Positions 8,807-17,578 of a stretch of DNA of 64,000 nucleotides are shown piece by piece. The stretch is taken from the NCBI GenBank assembly GCA_963827235.1, contig CAWHAE010000008.1:128001-192000 (forward strand), given 5' to 3'. The notes under the pieces were generated by a model. That model did not search any database. It saw only the letters and a list, made by a program, of their open reading frames with translations, and was not told where the DNA came from. How positions within the stretch are numbered: position 1 is the stretch's first letter; the number at the start of each line of letters is the position of its first letter. Source of the DNA: an uncultured bacterium. Lineage in GTDB: Bacteria > Chloroflexota > UBA5177 > JANWHV01. A program made the position numbers and the translations under genes.

Positions 8807-10636
8807 TCAAGGGTACGCGTCGACGGCGTTGTAGTGGGACGTGAATTGCTGTTGGCTGACCTTATCGCCGCTGCTGACCTGGTCGTACGTCGCGTCGATG
8901 CTACCGTCCTGATTGAGCGTTACCGTCGAGCGCAGCGTCGTGGTGCGCTGCACGACATTGTTGTTGAAGATGTATGCCTTGATTAGCAAGCCCTGCACTG
9001 CCATGCCGATCAATAGAGTGTGCTTGGTGTTGTTGGCGAAAACCAGATCGGTGCCGCCTTTTCGGGCCTGCAAGAGCGCGTCTTCACCGGGTATGCCGTT
9101 GAACACGGTTACGTTGGGATAGTGAGTCCGCTGCGTGATCGGTAAGCCGGAGGCAACCGCCGCTTCGAACAGCGCTGAGGCTGCCGCCGAGGGACCGCCG
9201 TTCGTGCCGGAGATGTCGTACTTGAGACCGAATCCGCCCTCTTCCGGCGCGAATCCACCACCCGTCACCACCGGGCTGATGACCGACGTGATCGACAGTG
9301 ATTGACCGGGATCGAGACGGAGATTGTTGAGCTTGCTCGCCGTGACGTCGGCATTGCCCCTCCGAGCCTGCGACGAGCCTGCCAGACTCACCACCGACGT
9401 TCCCATCGCCGTGTCGAAGTTCAGAGCCCGGGCCTTCGCCACCGTGAACTTGCTGTGCGGATGATCGAACGGAATGACGGCAACGTGTCCGTTCTGAGGT
9501 GATGCCAGGATCGCCTGGGCGGCCTTGTCGATGTCAATGGTGAGGCCCGGGCTGTCGGGATAGGGTACGGCCGCGGCAGGCTGGCCATTCGATGCGTCGA
9601 CGAAGCGGAAGTAGGCTGGGATAGGGGCGTGATCGACGGCGGCGGCGATCGGCCGCATGGTGACGGCCAGCTTCTTGGTGTCCAGCCCCATGTTCACCGT
9701 CCATCCTCCGTGACCGTCGCTGCCGGGCGTGAACGTGAGCAGGTGCAGCAATTGGCTGGGCTTGAGATACCATGCCTTCACCTTGTTGAGCGAGCTGAAG
9801 AGCACGTTCTGGCTGAGCAGACTTTGGGCCTGATCTACCGTCTGCTGCGCGATGTCGTGCGAAATCGGCGATGATGGGTACTGCACCGGCAGTGTCACAT
9901 TGAACACGCTGTGTGCGTTTATCTCGTCGTCGAGCAGCCGCGCGGCGGCTCGCGCGTCGAGATACCTGCCCACGAGCGGCTCGCGCGTCACTTCCACCTG
10001 GCCGTTGGCGACCCCGACCTGAGCGGGCTGCGGCGATACCGCGATCTGCTTTGCGATCCGGCCGACGTATTTCTGAACGGCGGCGGTGTCGTGACTGCCC
10101 TGAAGCGCGAAGTCGTGCCCGGAGAGCATGTTCGAAAGCTGATTCCAGATCCTCGCGGCGATGTTGCCCGTATGTCCCTCGTCGCGCACTTCTGCCACGA
10201 CCGGCGCCAGATTGTAATGGGGACGGAACTGGCTATTGGTCACCTCGTAGGTGCTATCGGCAACGTGCAGGATGAGCGGCTGGTTGTTGCGGCTGTCGAT
10301 CTGTTGTTGCAGGTAGGTGGGCACCTCGGCTAGGGCCACACCGCCCAGCGGTATGCCATCTACACTGACGTGCGGATTTACTCGGTCGGAGTAGTAGCTC
10401 TCGAAGAAGAGTAGAGCAATACCCAGCACGGCCACGAAGCTCGCGACCACTCCGAAGCGCATCACGTAGTCCCGAGGCGACGGCTGCTGACCCTTGAAAG
10501 CTGGGCGATCGAGATTACGGCGAAACACCCTGCTCGCCGGAGCGGCCGGGTATGTCGGTCTGTAGTCCGGTCGGGCGAGCCGGCGCCTAAGGGATGGGCG
10601 GGCCGGGGGTGGCTTCCTGCTCGGCGTGCTGCTCAT
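8807..10636 (-). CDS. Membrane-anchored VanW-family protein with PG_binding_4-like repeats and a degenerate active site
   Basis: N-terminal TM, then VSVDGIPLGG, VTREPLVGRYLD, and the VanW core R..NA..TASKLNNLRLDPGQSLSI ... LFEAAVASGLPITQR ... GTDLVFANNT. Start reset to ATG 10636. Confidence 0.8.
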   Translation of the reverse strand: MSSTPSRKPPPARPSLRRRLARPDYRPTYPAAPASRVFRRNLDRPAFKGQQPSPRDYVMRFGVVASFVAVLGIALLFFESYYSDRVNPHVSVDGIPLGGVALAEVPTYLQQQIDSRNNQPLILHVADSTYEVTNSQFRPHYNLAPVVAEVRDEGHTGNIAARIWNQLSNMLSGHDFALQGSHDTAAVQKYVGRIAKQIAVSPQPAQVGVANGQVEVTREPLVGRYLDARAAARLLDDEINAHSVFNVTLPVQYPSSPISHDIAQQTVDQAQSLLSQNVLFSSLNKVKAWYLKPSQLLHLLTFTPGSDGHGGWTVNMGLDTKKLAVTMRPIAAAVDHAPIPAYFRFVDASNGQPAAAVPYPDSPGLTIDIDKAAQAILASPQNGHVAVIPFDHPHSKFTVAKARALNFDTAMGTSVVSLAGSSQARRGNADVTASKLNNLRLDPGQSLSITSVISPVVTGGGFAPEEGGFGLKYDISGTNGGPSAAASALFEAAVASGLPITQRTHYPNVTVFNGIPGEDALLQARKGGTDLVFANNTKHTLLIGMAVQGLLIKAYIFNNNVVQRTTTLRSTVTLNQDGSIDATYDQVSSGDKVSQQQFTSHYNAVDAYP

Positions 10637-11240
10637 GACGAATCGCCCTATACTCCGGATCCAGGAAGAACGCGCTACCCATCGGCGCCATCCTACCCGC
10701 GTATTTCGAGAGCTTCTTGTTTCGATATGGTATCGTGCTCGGCTGTCCAGTAAAGAAGCATAGCTGGCCGATCCGAAGTCCAGGATACAGCGGAATCGGT
10801 ACCTTGCCGAGGTTGGAGAGCTCAAACGTTATCACCCCGGAGAACCCAGGGTCGATGAACCCTGCCGTGGAGTGGATCTGCAGGCCCAGGCGACCCCAAG
10901 AGCTTCGACCCTCGAGTCTCGCCGACAGATCGGCCGGCAGCCGCACGAACTCAAGCGTGCAGGCGAGCGCGAAGTCCCCGGGATGGAGGACGTACGGCTG
11001 CGACGGCAATATGACATAATCTTGCGTGTATTCCGCGATGTCTGCACGCAGTGCGGCCTCGTCCTGAATCGGTTCGATATAGGGAAGCGCGCTTCGCCGT
11101 TGGGCCTGGAAGCGCGTGCCCAGCCGCACGTCGAGCGACGTCGGCCCGAGCTGAGTCGCCAGCTCCACAATCGGCGTGACGACCAGATCCCTGTCGACAA
11201 GGAGACGCCGCACAATCTCCCTTTCGTTGAGAATACTCAC
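10587..11240 (-). CDS. dcd: dCTP deaminase
   Basis: Motifs LGPTSLDVRLG, LHPGDFALACTLE, EGRSSWGRLGL, TAGFIDPGFSGVITFE and LYPGLRIGQL. Confidence 0.93.
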   Translation of the reverse strand: MSILNEREIVRRLLVDRDLVVTPIVELATQLGPTSLDVRLGTRFQAQRRSALPYIEPIQDEAALRADIAEYTQDYVILPSQPYVLHPGDFALACTLEFVRLPADLSARLEGRSSWGRLGLQIHSTAGFIDPGFSGVITFELSNLGKVPIPLYPGLRIGQLCFFTGQPSTIPYRNKKLSKYAGRMAPMGSAFFLDPEYRAIRHEQHAEQEATPGPPIP

Positions 11241-12580
11241 GAGTCTCTCCAGCGCGTAAGGACGTGCTGCACGTGCGCGGCCTCCACGGATTGCTGTAGC
11301 AGGTCGCAGCGCCGCCTCACGTGCGCGGCAAGCCCGTCTATGGCATCGGGCCAGGGCAGGCTGCTCTGCATGAGCTCATCACACGCAGGATACGTGCGCA
11401 GCAGCTTGTAGCGCCAACCGGCAGCAAGTATGCTCGCCAGTGAGCAGGGCTGCTCACCGACGTGCTGCACCGCCGCGTAGAACTGCTCCGCGTCCTCGCA
11501 GGCGTCCAGCCGTGTGATGAAGTCGTCCGGAAGGCTTCGTGGCCGCGCGTTGATTGGCCGCCCGTCGTCCAGCAGGCTCACGAGTGCGTCGATCTCTTCG
11601 TCGGGGGCGACGAGGGGCGCCTGTAGCAGCATGGCCACCTGCTGGCAAGCGCCCTGCCAAGTGCGCTCTTCACTGTCCGGCGTGGCCCGCTCTCTGCCGT
11701 TCTCCACATCGCCGGCTGTCCCTCGCTGGTGCTCGATGACCGGCTCGAAGTAGTCGACCAGGCTCAGTCGGGTGCTGTCCGCGCCGCAGGGATAGTACTG
11801 CCGCGTGGCGTGTGCGAGAGCCGGCAGCCCGCGCGTCGTCAGCGTGGTTATCCGGGGACTGAGTAGCTCCTTGACCGCCACGGCCGCGTATGTCGGCTCG
11901 CCCAGAAGGCGCGCGGCGACCGCGGCAGTGCACCTAGCGGCGTAGTCGCCACGTGGCAGGCCCTCGTCGAAGTGAAGCTGCGAGGCGAGATCTTGTTGCG
12001 CTACGAACCAGGCAGCCATCGGAAGCAGAATGCCCGGCCAGACAAGCGGATCTGCAAGGTCGACCGTGGATATGCGCACGATCGGCCGCTCCGGGCCGGG
12101 CACCGGCTCGAGGCCGCGCACAGAGAGGAGATCTCGAAATTCAGCGCCAACCTCGCCGCCGCCGTCCGGATCGTCGATTGGACAGAGTACCGGGATGGGC
12201 AGTGGCGCGCCCTCGGCCGCCAGCTTTCGTGCAAAGAGATCGGCGGTGCCGAGTTGCCACTTGGTGCGCAGCAGGCCGAGATGCGCGTGAATCTGCCTGA
12301 GTCCGGCCACGACCACGGCCAAGCTCTCGGAGGCCGCCTCACTACCATCATCGCCGGCACAGTAGACCGTGCTGCGCGCCGCGGCGAGCTTGCTTTCCAC
12401 GACTGCGAGCCCGGCGCCGAGCATCTCGAGCACGGCAGATCCATGCCGGCGGGTAAGGTGCCGCGGATCCTCGAGCAATGCCCGCGTGTGAATCACCCGT
12501 TCACACGCCTCACGGAAGACTGTCTGAACGGCCGCGGCCGGTCCGCGATGCGGTCGTGAGTGCAGCGTTTCGTCAACCAT
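11237..12580 (-). CDS. Hypothetical 447-aa helical protein, possibly a degenerate zincin-like fold, translationally coupled to dcd
   Basis: Long ORF whose stop overlaps the dcd start (GTGA). TATACT lies 8 nt upstream of the ATG. Confidence 0.75.
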   Translation of the reverse strand: MVDETLHSRPHRGPAAAVQTVFREACERVIHTRALLEDPRHLTRRHGSAVLEMLGAGLAVVESKLAAARSTVYCAGDDGSEAASESLAVVVAGLRQIHAHLGLLRTKWQLGTADLFARKLAAEGAPLPIPVLCPIDDPDGGGEVGAEFRDLLSVRGLEPVPGPERPIVRISTVDLADPLVWPGILLPMAAWFVAQQDLASQLHFDEGLPRGDYAARCTAAVAARLLGEPTYAAVAVKELLSPRITTLTTRGLPALAHATRQYYPCGADSTRLSLVDYFEPVIEHQRGTAGDVENGRERATPDSEERTWQGACQQVAMLLQAPLVAPDEEIDALVSLLDDGRPINARPRSLPDDFITRLDACEDAEQFYAAVQHVGEQPCSLASILAAGWRYKLLRTYPACDELMQSSLPWPDAIDGLAAHVRRRCDLLQQSVEAAHVQHVLTRWRDS

Positions 12581-12588
12581 GCCGGATT

Positions 12589-12596
12589 AGTATACT
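12589..12596. promoter_or_regulatory. Palindromic bidirectional -10 element (AGTATACT)
   Basis: Reads TATACT on both strands within the 55-bp gap between two divergent genes. Confidence 0.5.
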
Positions 12597-12635
12597 CTAC
12601 CACTGCGGGTTGTGGCGCACGCCTGGGGGGGAAAC

Positions 12636-13298
12636 GTGACGGTAGCTCGGCTGTTGGTCTTTGGGGATATCCACGGTGAGGCAACCGCCCTGCGCCGCGT
12701 GCTGGCAAGGGTGAATCCCACCAGGCACGACACCTTGGTCTTTCTCGGGGACTACATCGACCGCGGTGAGAACTCGCGTTCCGCCCTGGACCTGATCATG
12801 GGGCTCGAGCAGGAGTACTCGTGCGTATTCCTCAAAGGCAACCACGAGGATCTGTTCCTCACCGCCTATGACGGCAATGAGATGGACTGGGGTCTGTGGC
12901 TCATGAACGGCGGTCTCAAGACCTTCAAGGACTTCGGCACCACGCTCCCGCCCGACCGCTACGTGGAATGGATACGGCGGCTTCGGACCTCATATGAGAC
13001 AGACACCCACTACTTCGTCCATGCCGGTGTGCAGCCGGGAAGACCCCCTGCTGAATCCACGGACACCGACAGGCTCTGGATCCGGGAGCCATTCCTGAGC
13101 AGCGCCTACGACTGGGGGAAGATCGTCGTATTCGGCCACACCGTGCAGTTTGGTGGCCCCTTGGTGCAGCCGAACAAGATCGGCATCGACACCGGTGCCT
13201 TCGTGCACAGGCTGGGGCGCTTGACCTGCCTTATTCTTCCCGAAGGGCGCTTCGTGTTTAGCAGCGGCAGGAGCCGTAAGCTCGGTCAGCTCACGTAG
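12636..13298 (+). CDS. Metallophosphoesterase, PrpA/ApaH-like Ser/Thr phosphatase family
   Basis: Motifs GDIHG, GDYIDRG, KGNHE, FVHAG, FGHT and IDTG. Confidence 0.92.
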   Translation: MTVARLLVFGDIHGEATALRRVLARVNPTRHDTLVFLGDYIDRGENSRSALDLIMGLEQEYSCVFLKGNHEDLFLTAYDGNEMDWGLWLMNGGLKTFKDFGTTLPPDRYVEWIRRLRTSYETDTHYFVHAGVQPGRPPAESTDTDRLWIREPFLSSAYDWGKIVVFGHTVQFGGPLVQPNKIGIDTGAFVHRLGRLTCLILPEGRFVFSSGRSRKLGQLT

Positions 13299-13450
13299 TG
13301 CGCGGTGAGAGGAATGAAGAAAAGCACGACCAGCGCCAGGACGAGAACCGCAAAGGCCACGCCTTCGCTGCCACGAATGTGCTTCAGGCCGGAGTATCCG
13401 ACCAGCGCAGCGCCTACCACCTCGGCAATCACCGCCTCGGCAAGCAACAT
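13286..13450 (-). CDS. Small two-TM membrane protein, 54 aa
   Basis: ATG 13450 follows GAGGGAG/AAGGA. Two hydrophobic helices: MLLAEAVIAEVVGAALVGY and VAFAVLVLALVVLFFIPL. Confidence 0.6.
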   Translation of the reverse strand: MLLAEAVIAEVVGAALVGYSGLKHIRGSEGVAFAVLVLALVVLFFIPLTAHYVS

Positions 13451-13644
13451 GTCCTTACCCACTCCCTCGTCACGACTGGATCTCGGCATGCCCGCAGTCC
13501 AGCAGCCAGCCACGAAGATGGTACCATAATGGCGGTTCTGTCGCGAAAACGCCTCGAGACGCCGTCGATCGAGTCCGCGGTCGCCCCTCGCGCGCCTGCC
13601 TCTTGCCTGCACGCCTACATTGCTCGCCGACGGACACTGCGCAA

Positions 13645-14451
13645 ATGAACGGAGTGTCCGGCCGATCGCCGTTGGACGGTATCGTCTTCGTGCTCGACCG
13701 GCCGAAGGATGCGGCAAACGTGGGTGCCGTTGTCCGGCTGTTGGGCAACTTCGGCCTCTCGCGCCTGCGACTGGTGGAACCCGCGGCTTTCGACGAGCAG
13801 AGAGTGCTGCGCTACGCTCGCCGGGGCGAGGCGGTGGCGGCTCGCGTCGAGCGCTTCCCAAGTCTGGAGCTTGCCCTGGCCGATTGCACGCTGGTGCTCG
13901 GCACGACCCGGCGCGAGCGCGCCCTCGAGCGCCCCGTATTATCCCCACGGCAGTTGCCCGGCGTTCTGATTCCCGTGCTCCGGCCGGCGGCGACGATGGA
14001 CACCGTGCTGCCGGGTCCGGCTGCGGTGCTCTTCGGGCCCGAGGACTTCGGACTCTCCAACCAAGCGCTTGACCGCTGCCACGCCATAGTGACCGTGCCC
14101 GCAGCGCCGGACGACTCCTCCCTCAACCTTGCCCAGGCGGCCGCGATCGTCGCCTACGAGATCTTCATAGCTCTTGGAAGCGATGCCCCTGAAGCGCGTG
14201 CCTGGGCAGCGCCAGCGCTTCAGGCACTGGAGAACATGGCTCCGTCCAGCGACGTGGATGCCCTGTTCGATTCCGTTGCTCGCCTGCTCGCCGCTCTCCA
14301 CGATCCTCCCATCGAAGGCAGAACGAAATCGGCCCTCTCCCGCCTGCGGGCGTTCTTTCTGCGTGCCGCTCCACGTGCCGACGAGACCCGGCTTCTGGCC
14401 ACCATCTTCGAGCATGCCGCACGCGAGCTCGACCGTCGCCGGAGTCGCTAG
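13645..14451 (+). CDS. SPOUT RNA methyltransferase, TrmJ/LasT family
   Basis: Motifs VLDRPKDAANVGAVVR, LRLVEP, GTT.R, LFGPEDFGLSN and SLNLAQA. Confidence 0.9.
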   Translation: MNGVSGRSPLDGIVFVLDRPKDAANVGAVVRLLGNFGLSRLRLVEPAAFDEQRVLRYARRGEAVAARVERFPSLELALADCTLVLGTTRRERALERPVLSPRQLPGVLIPVLRPAATMDTVLPGPAAVLFGPEDFGLSNQALDRCHAIVTVPAAPDDSSLNLAQAAAIVAYEIFIALGSDAPEARAWAAPALQALENMAPSSDVDALFDSVARLLAALHDPPIEGRTKSALSRLRAFFLRAAPRADETRLLATIFEHAARELDRRRSR

Positions 14452-14603
14452 CGTCCACGCCAGTATGCGATCGTGCCCGCCCGGGATCGCCGCGAGACCG
14501 CCGCGGAGGCGTTTCTGGTACTATCATTCAGTATAGATAGCATGATAGATGACCTCCCGCGGTGCGGAACGATCGCGCGGGATTCGAAGGAATAGTCCCC
14601 AGT

Positions 14604-16214
14604 ATGACCGTTGAACAGAGTCAAGCGGAACAGACGGAGCGCGGCGCGTTCGCTGCGCTCGGTCTGCACGAGGATCTGCTGCAGGCCGTCTCCGAAGTCG
14701 GCTACGAAGAACCTACACCGATCCAGGCGCGAACCATTCCGGCGATGCTGCAGGGGCAGGACGTTGTCGCCCAGGCCCAGACCGGCACGGGCAAGACGGC
14801 GGCGTTCGCGCTGCCCATCGTGCAGCAAATCGATACCTCTGTTGGTGCAGTGCAGGCGCTCATCTTGCTGCCCACGCGCGAGCTCGCCATTCAGGTCGCC
14901 CAGGCCACCCACCTACTCGGGCGATCGCGGCATGTTTCCGTACTGCCGATTTACGGCGGCCAGCCGATCGTTCGCCAGCTTCGCGGCCTCGAGCAAGGCG
15001 CCCACATCGTGGTCGGCACTCCCGGGCGGATCATGGACCACATCCGGAGAGAGACCCTGCGACTCGACGCAGTGAAGATTCTGATCCTGGATGAGGCCGA
15101 CGAGATGCTGAACATGGGGTTTCTGGAAGACATCGAGTTCATTCTCGAGCAGCTTCCAGCGGAGCGGCAGACTGCCCTGTTTTCGGCTACCATACCGCCG
15201 CGCATTCGTGACCTCTCTAGGCGTTACCTCCGCAAGGCCGTGAATATCGCCGTCGAGCGCGAGACGCTGACGGTGCCGCTGATCAACCAGACCTATTTCG
15301 AGGTACCGCAGCGGGCAAAGCTCGAGGCTCTCTGCCGCATACTCGACGTCGAGACTCCTGCCTCGGCGATCATCTTCTGCGCCCGCAAGAGCGATGTGGA
15401 CGAGCTGGTGGAGAACTTGCAGGGACGGGGGTACAAGGCCGAGGCGATTCACGGAGACCTCAACCAGGTGCAGCGCGACCGCGTAATGCGGGCCTTCCGG
15501 GACGGTAAGACGGAAATTCTGGTCGCTACCGACGTCGCCGCGCGCGGCCTTGACATCCCACAAGTCAGTCACGTGATTAACTACCACATTCCCTGGGATC
15601 CCGAGTCGTACGTGCATCGCATAGGGCGTACAGGGCGCGCCGGACGCGAAGGCACGGCGATAACCCTGATCTCGCCACGCGAGTACAGGCAGCTCAAGAT
15701 GATCGAGCATTTGATCGGAAAGCGCATCCGCGCCGGCAGGCTGCCCAGCCAGTCGGACGTGGAGGCTCGCCGGCGCGCCATGCTGATCGAGCAAGTGCGC
15801 GCGACGCTCGAGGAAGGAGGTCTCGAAGCGTACCGCGATGCGGCCGAAGTCCTCAGCGAGGACTACGATGCGATCGACGTCGCGGCAGCTGCCCTGAAGC
15901 AGCTCGCCGGCCTCGATCGGCGCGCCGAGCTCAAGAAGGGGCTGGTCGATACCGGCTCGGAGGCAACTGAGCCTGGTATGTCGCGCCTGTTTCTCAACGT
16001 CGGCAGGAACGAGGGCGTACGTCCGGCCGACATCGTGGGGGCCATCGCCGGGGAAGCGGGCATTCCCGGTCGCACGATCGGAGCCATCGACCTCTACGAT
16101 ACTTACGCGTTCGTGGAAGTGCCCCAGGAGGAGGCACGTCGTGTGGTCGATGCTCTCAATCGCTCGAGCCTGCGCGGCAGGCCAGTAAGAGCGGAGATAG
16201 CCCGACCCCGCTGA
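14604..16214 (+). CDS. DEAD-box RNA helicase with a DbpA-type RNA-binding domain (CshA/DeaD-like)
   Basis: Motifs Q-motif PTPIQ, AQTGTGKT, PTRELA, DEADEM, SAT and HRIGRTGRAG, with C-terminal RLFLNVG..GVRPADIVGAI. Confidence 0.95.
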   Translation: MTVEQSQAEQTERGAFAALGLHEDLLQAVSEVGYEEPTPIQARTIPAMLQGQDVVAQAQTGTGKTAAFALPIVQQIDTSVGAVQALILLPTRELAIQVAQATHLLGRSRHVSVLPIYGGQPIVRQLRGLEQGAHIVVGTPGRIMDHIRRETLRLDAVKILILDEADEMLNMGFLEDIEFILEQLPAERQTALFSATIPPRIRDLSRRYLRKAVNIAVERETLTVPLINQTYFEVPQRAKLEALCRILDVETPASAIIFCARKSDVDELVENLQGRGYKAEAIHGDLNQVQRDRVMRAFRDGKTEILVATDVAARGLDIPQVSHVINYHIPWDPESYVHRIGRTGRAGREGTAITLISPREYRQLKMIEHLIGKRIRAGRLPSQSDVEARRRAMLIEQVRATLEEGGLEAYRDAAEVLSEDYDAIDVAAAALKQLAGLDRRAELKKGLVDTGSEATEPGMSRLFLNVGRNEGVRPADIVGAIAGEAGIPGRTIGAIDLYDTYAFVEVPQEEARRVVDALNRSSLRGRPVRAEIARPR

Positions 16215-16340
16215 GCTGGCCGGTTCCTGGAAGAGACTGCAGTCTCAGCGGCAGCAGAACATGGTATCGTGGCGGCCCGTCGAACTACCTTCTGCTGTCC
16301 GTCCGCCTGCCGACTGGTCGGTGCCGGCGAGTCGCCGCGC

Positions 16341-16616
16341 CTACTTCTCGCGCGCTATGCCGGCAAGCAGACTCACCAAGCCCGCCCCGGGCAGGCCGAA
16401 GCCGACCGCGAGCACGACGCGGGCGACGAAGCCAAAGTCGACGGCGCCGGGCGTGTTGGCAATCAGGTTGTCCCAGCTGAAGGCGGCGATGACCGCACAA
16501 ACCAGCCACGCTGCCAGGAAGTAGGGCAGAGGCATGGCAAGCGCGCCGCAATCGCGCACTGCTGCCGCGGGCGCGCTTCTGCGCATTCTCGAGGTCTGGC
16601 GAAGGTCTCGGCTCAT
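16341..16616 (-). CDS. Small two-TM hypothetical membrane protein
   Basis: GGGGAGG just upstream of ATG 16616. Two hydrophobic segments. Confidence 0.55.
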   Translation of the reverse strand: MSRDLRQTSRMRRSAPAAAVRDCGALAMPLPYFLAAWLVCAVIAAFSWDNLIANTPGAVDFGFVARVVLAVGFGLPGAGLVSLLAGIAREK

Positions 16617-16704
16617 TGCCTCCCCAATGTACCCGTGGAACGGCAATCGAGCAAGCTGGTTTCCCAGCAGGCATGGAGGGCGTGACCTTTGCTACAATGG
16701 CAGA

Positions 16705-17415
16705 ATGGTCGAACCCACTCCTGCCGAGCGCGAGCCCGGCGAATGCCGTGACTCTGAGCAGGCGTTCGCCGTGGCACGCGTTCCGCTAAAGGCGAAGATT
16801 GCGCTCGTGGCTGGAGCCGGTGCGTTCCTTGGGCTGGTGGCCATGGCGAGTCGCCCAGAGCCGACCAAGGCGGATGTGGCGATCACTCGGCTGTTTCAAC
16901 GACACGTACCCCGACATGGCGGGCGCATCCTGCAGCTTGTGAGCGCGCCGGGCTACGCGCCATTCACACATAGCGTGGTACTTGCCCTGGCTGCGCATTG
17001 CTGGGCTCTGGGCTTTCGGCGTGAGGCAATCTTCTCCATCGGCACCATGGGCGCCGGCTTCAGCACCGGTGTTGTCAAGCTGTTGATCAAGCGGCCGAGA
17101 CCCGACCTCACGTTCCGACTCCAGCGGCGACTGCTGAAGGACAACAGCTTCCCCAGCGGGCATGCCACGCACTTTTCGGCGTTCTACGGCTACGTCTTCT
17201 TCCTGGTGCACCGCTACTTGCCGCACGGGCCGCTCAGGACGCTGGTGTTAGCCTACTGCGCAGCCTTGATCGTGCTCGTCGGACCTTCCCGCACCTACCT
17301 GGGCCATCACTGGGCGAGCGATGTGGCTGCTGGGCAGCTGATCGGATTCGTGTACCTGCTGGCCATGCTCCAGGTATACATGCTCTTCGATCCGCTCCCC
17401 GTGCTCGACGACTAA
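16705..17415 (+). CDS. PAP2-family membrane phosphatase (undecaprenyl-PP phosphatase-like), probably leaderless
   Basis: Motifs K.LIKRPRP, SFPSGH and SRTYLGHHWASD. TGCTACAAT lies 6 nt before the ATG and there is no SD. Confidence 0.9.
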   Translation: MVEPTPAEREPGECRDSEQAFAVARVPLKAKIALVAGAGAFLGLVAMASRPEPTKADVAITRLFQRHVPRHGGRILQLVSAPGYAPFTHSVVLALAAHCWALGFRREAIFSIGTMGAGFSTGVVKLLIKRPRPDLTFRLQRRLLKDNSFPSGHATHFSAFYGYVFFLVHRYLPHGPLRTLVLAYCAALIVLVGPSRTYLGHHWASDVAAGQLIGFVYLLAMLQVYMLFDPLPVLDD

Positions 17416-17578
17416 CGGCACACCAGGCCGGGAACCACATCGGCAGCCCGCGCCTACAATGCCGGACGATTCATCGTTGGGAGCCTCAAGGCGCGCCAAG
17501 CGCGGAGTACGCTCCGCCCCTGCAGGTTCCACCGTGGCCCGACTATTGCTGCAGCCGGGCAACACGGCGATCCCAGGC

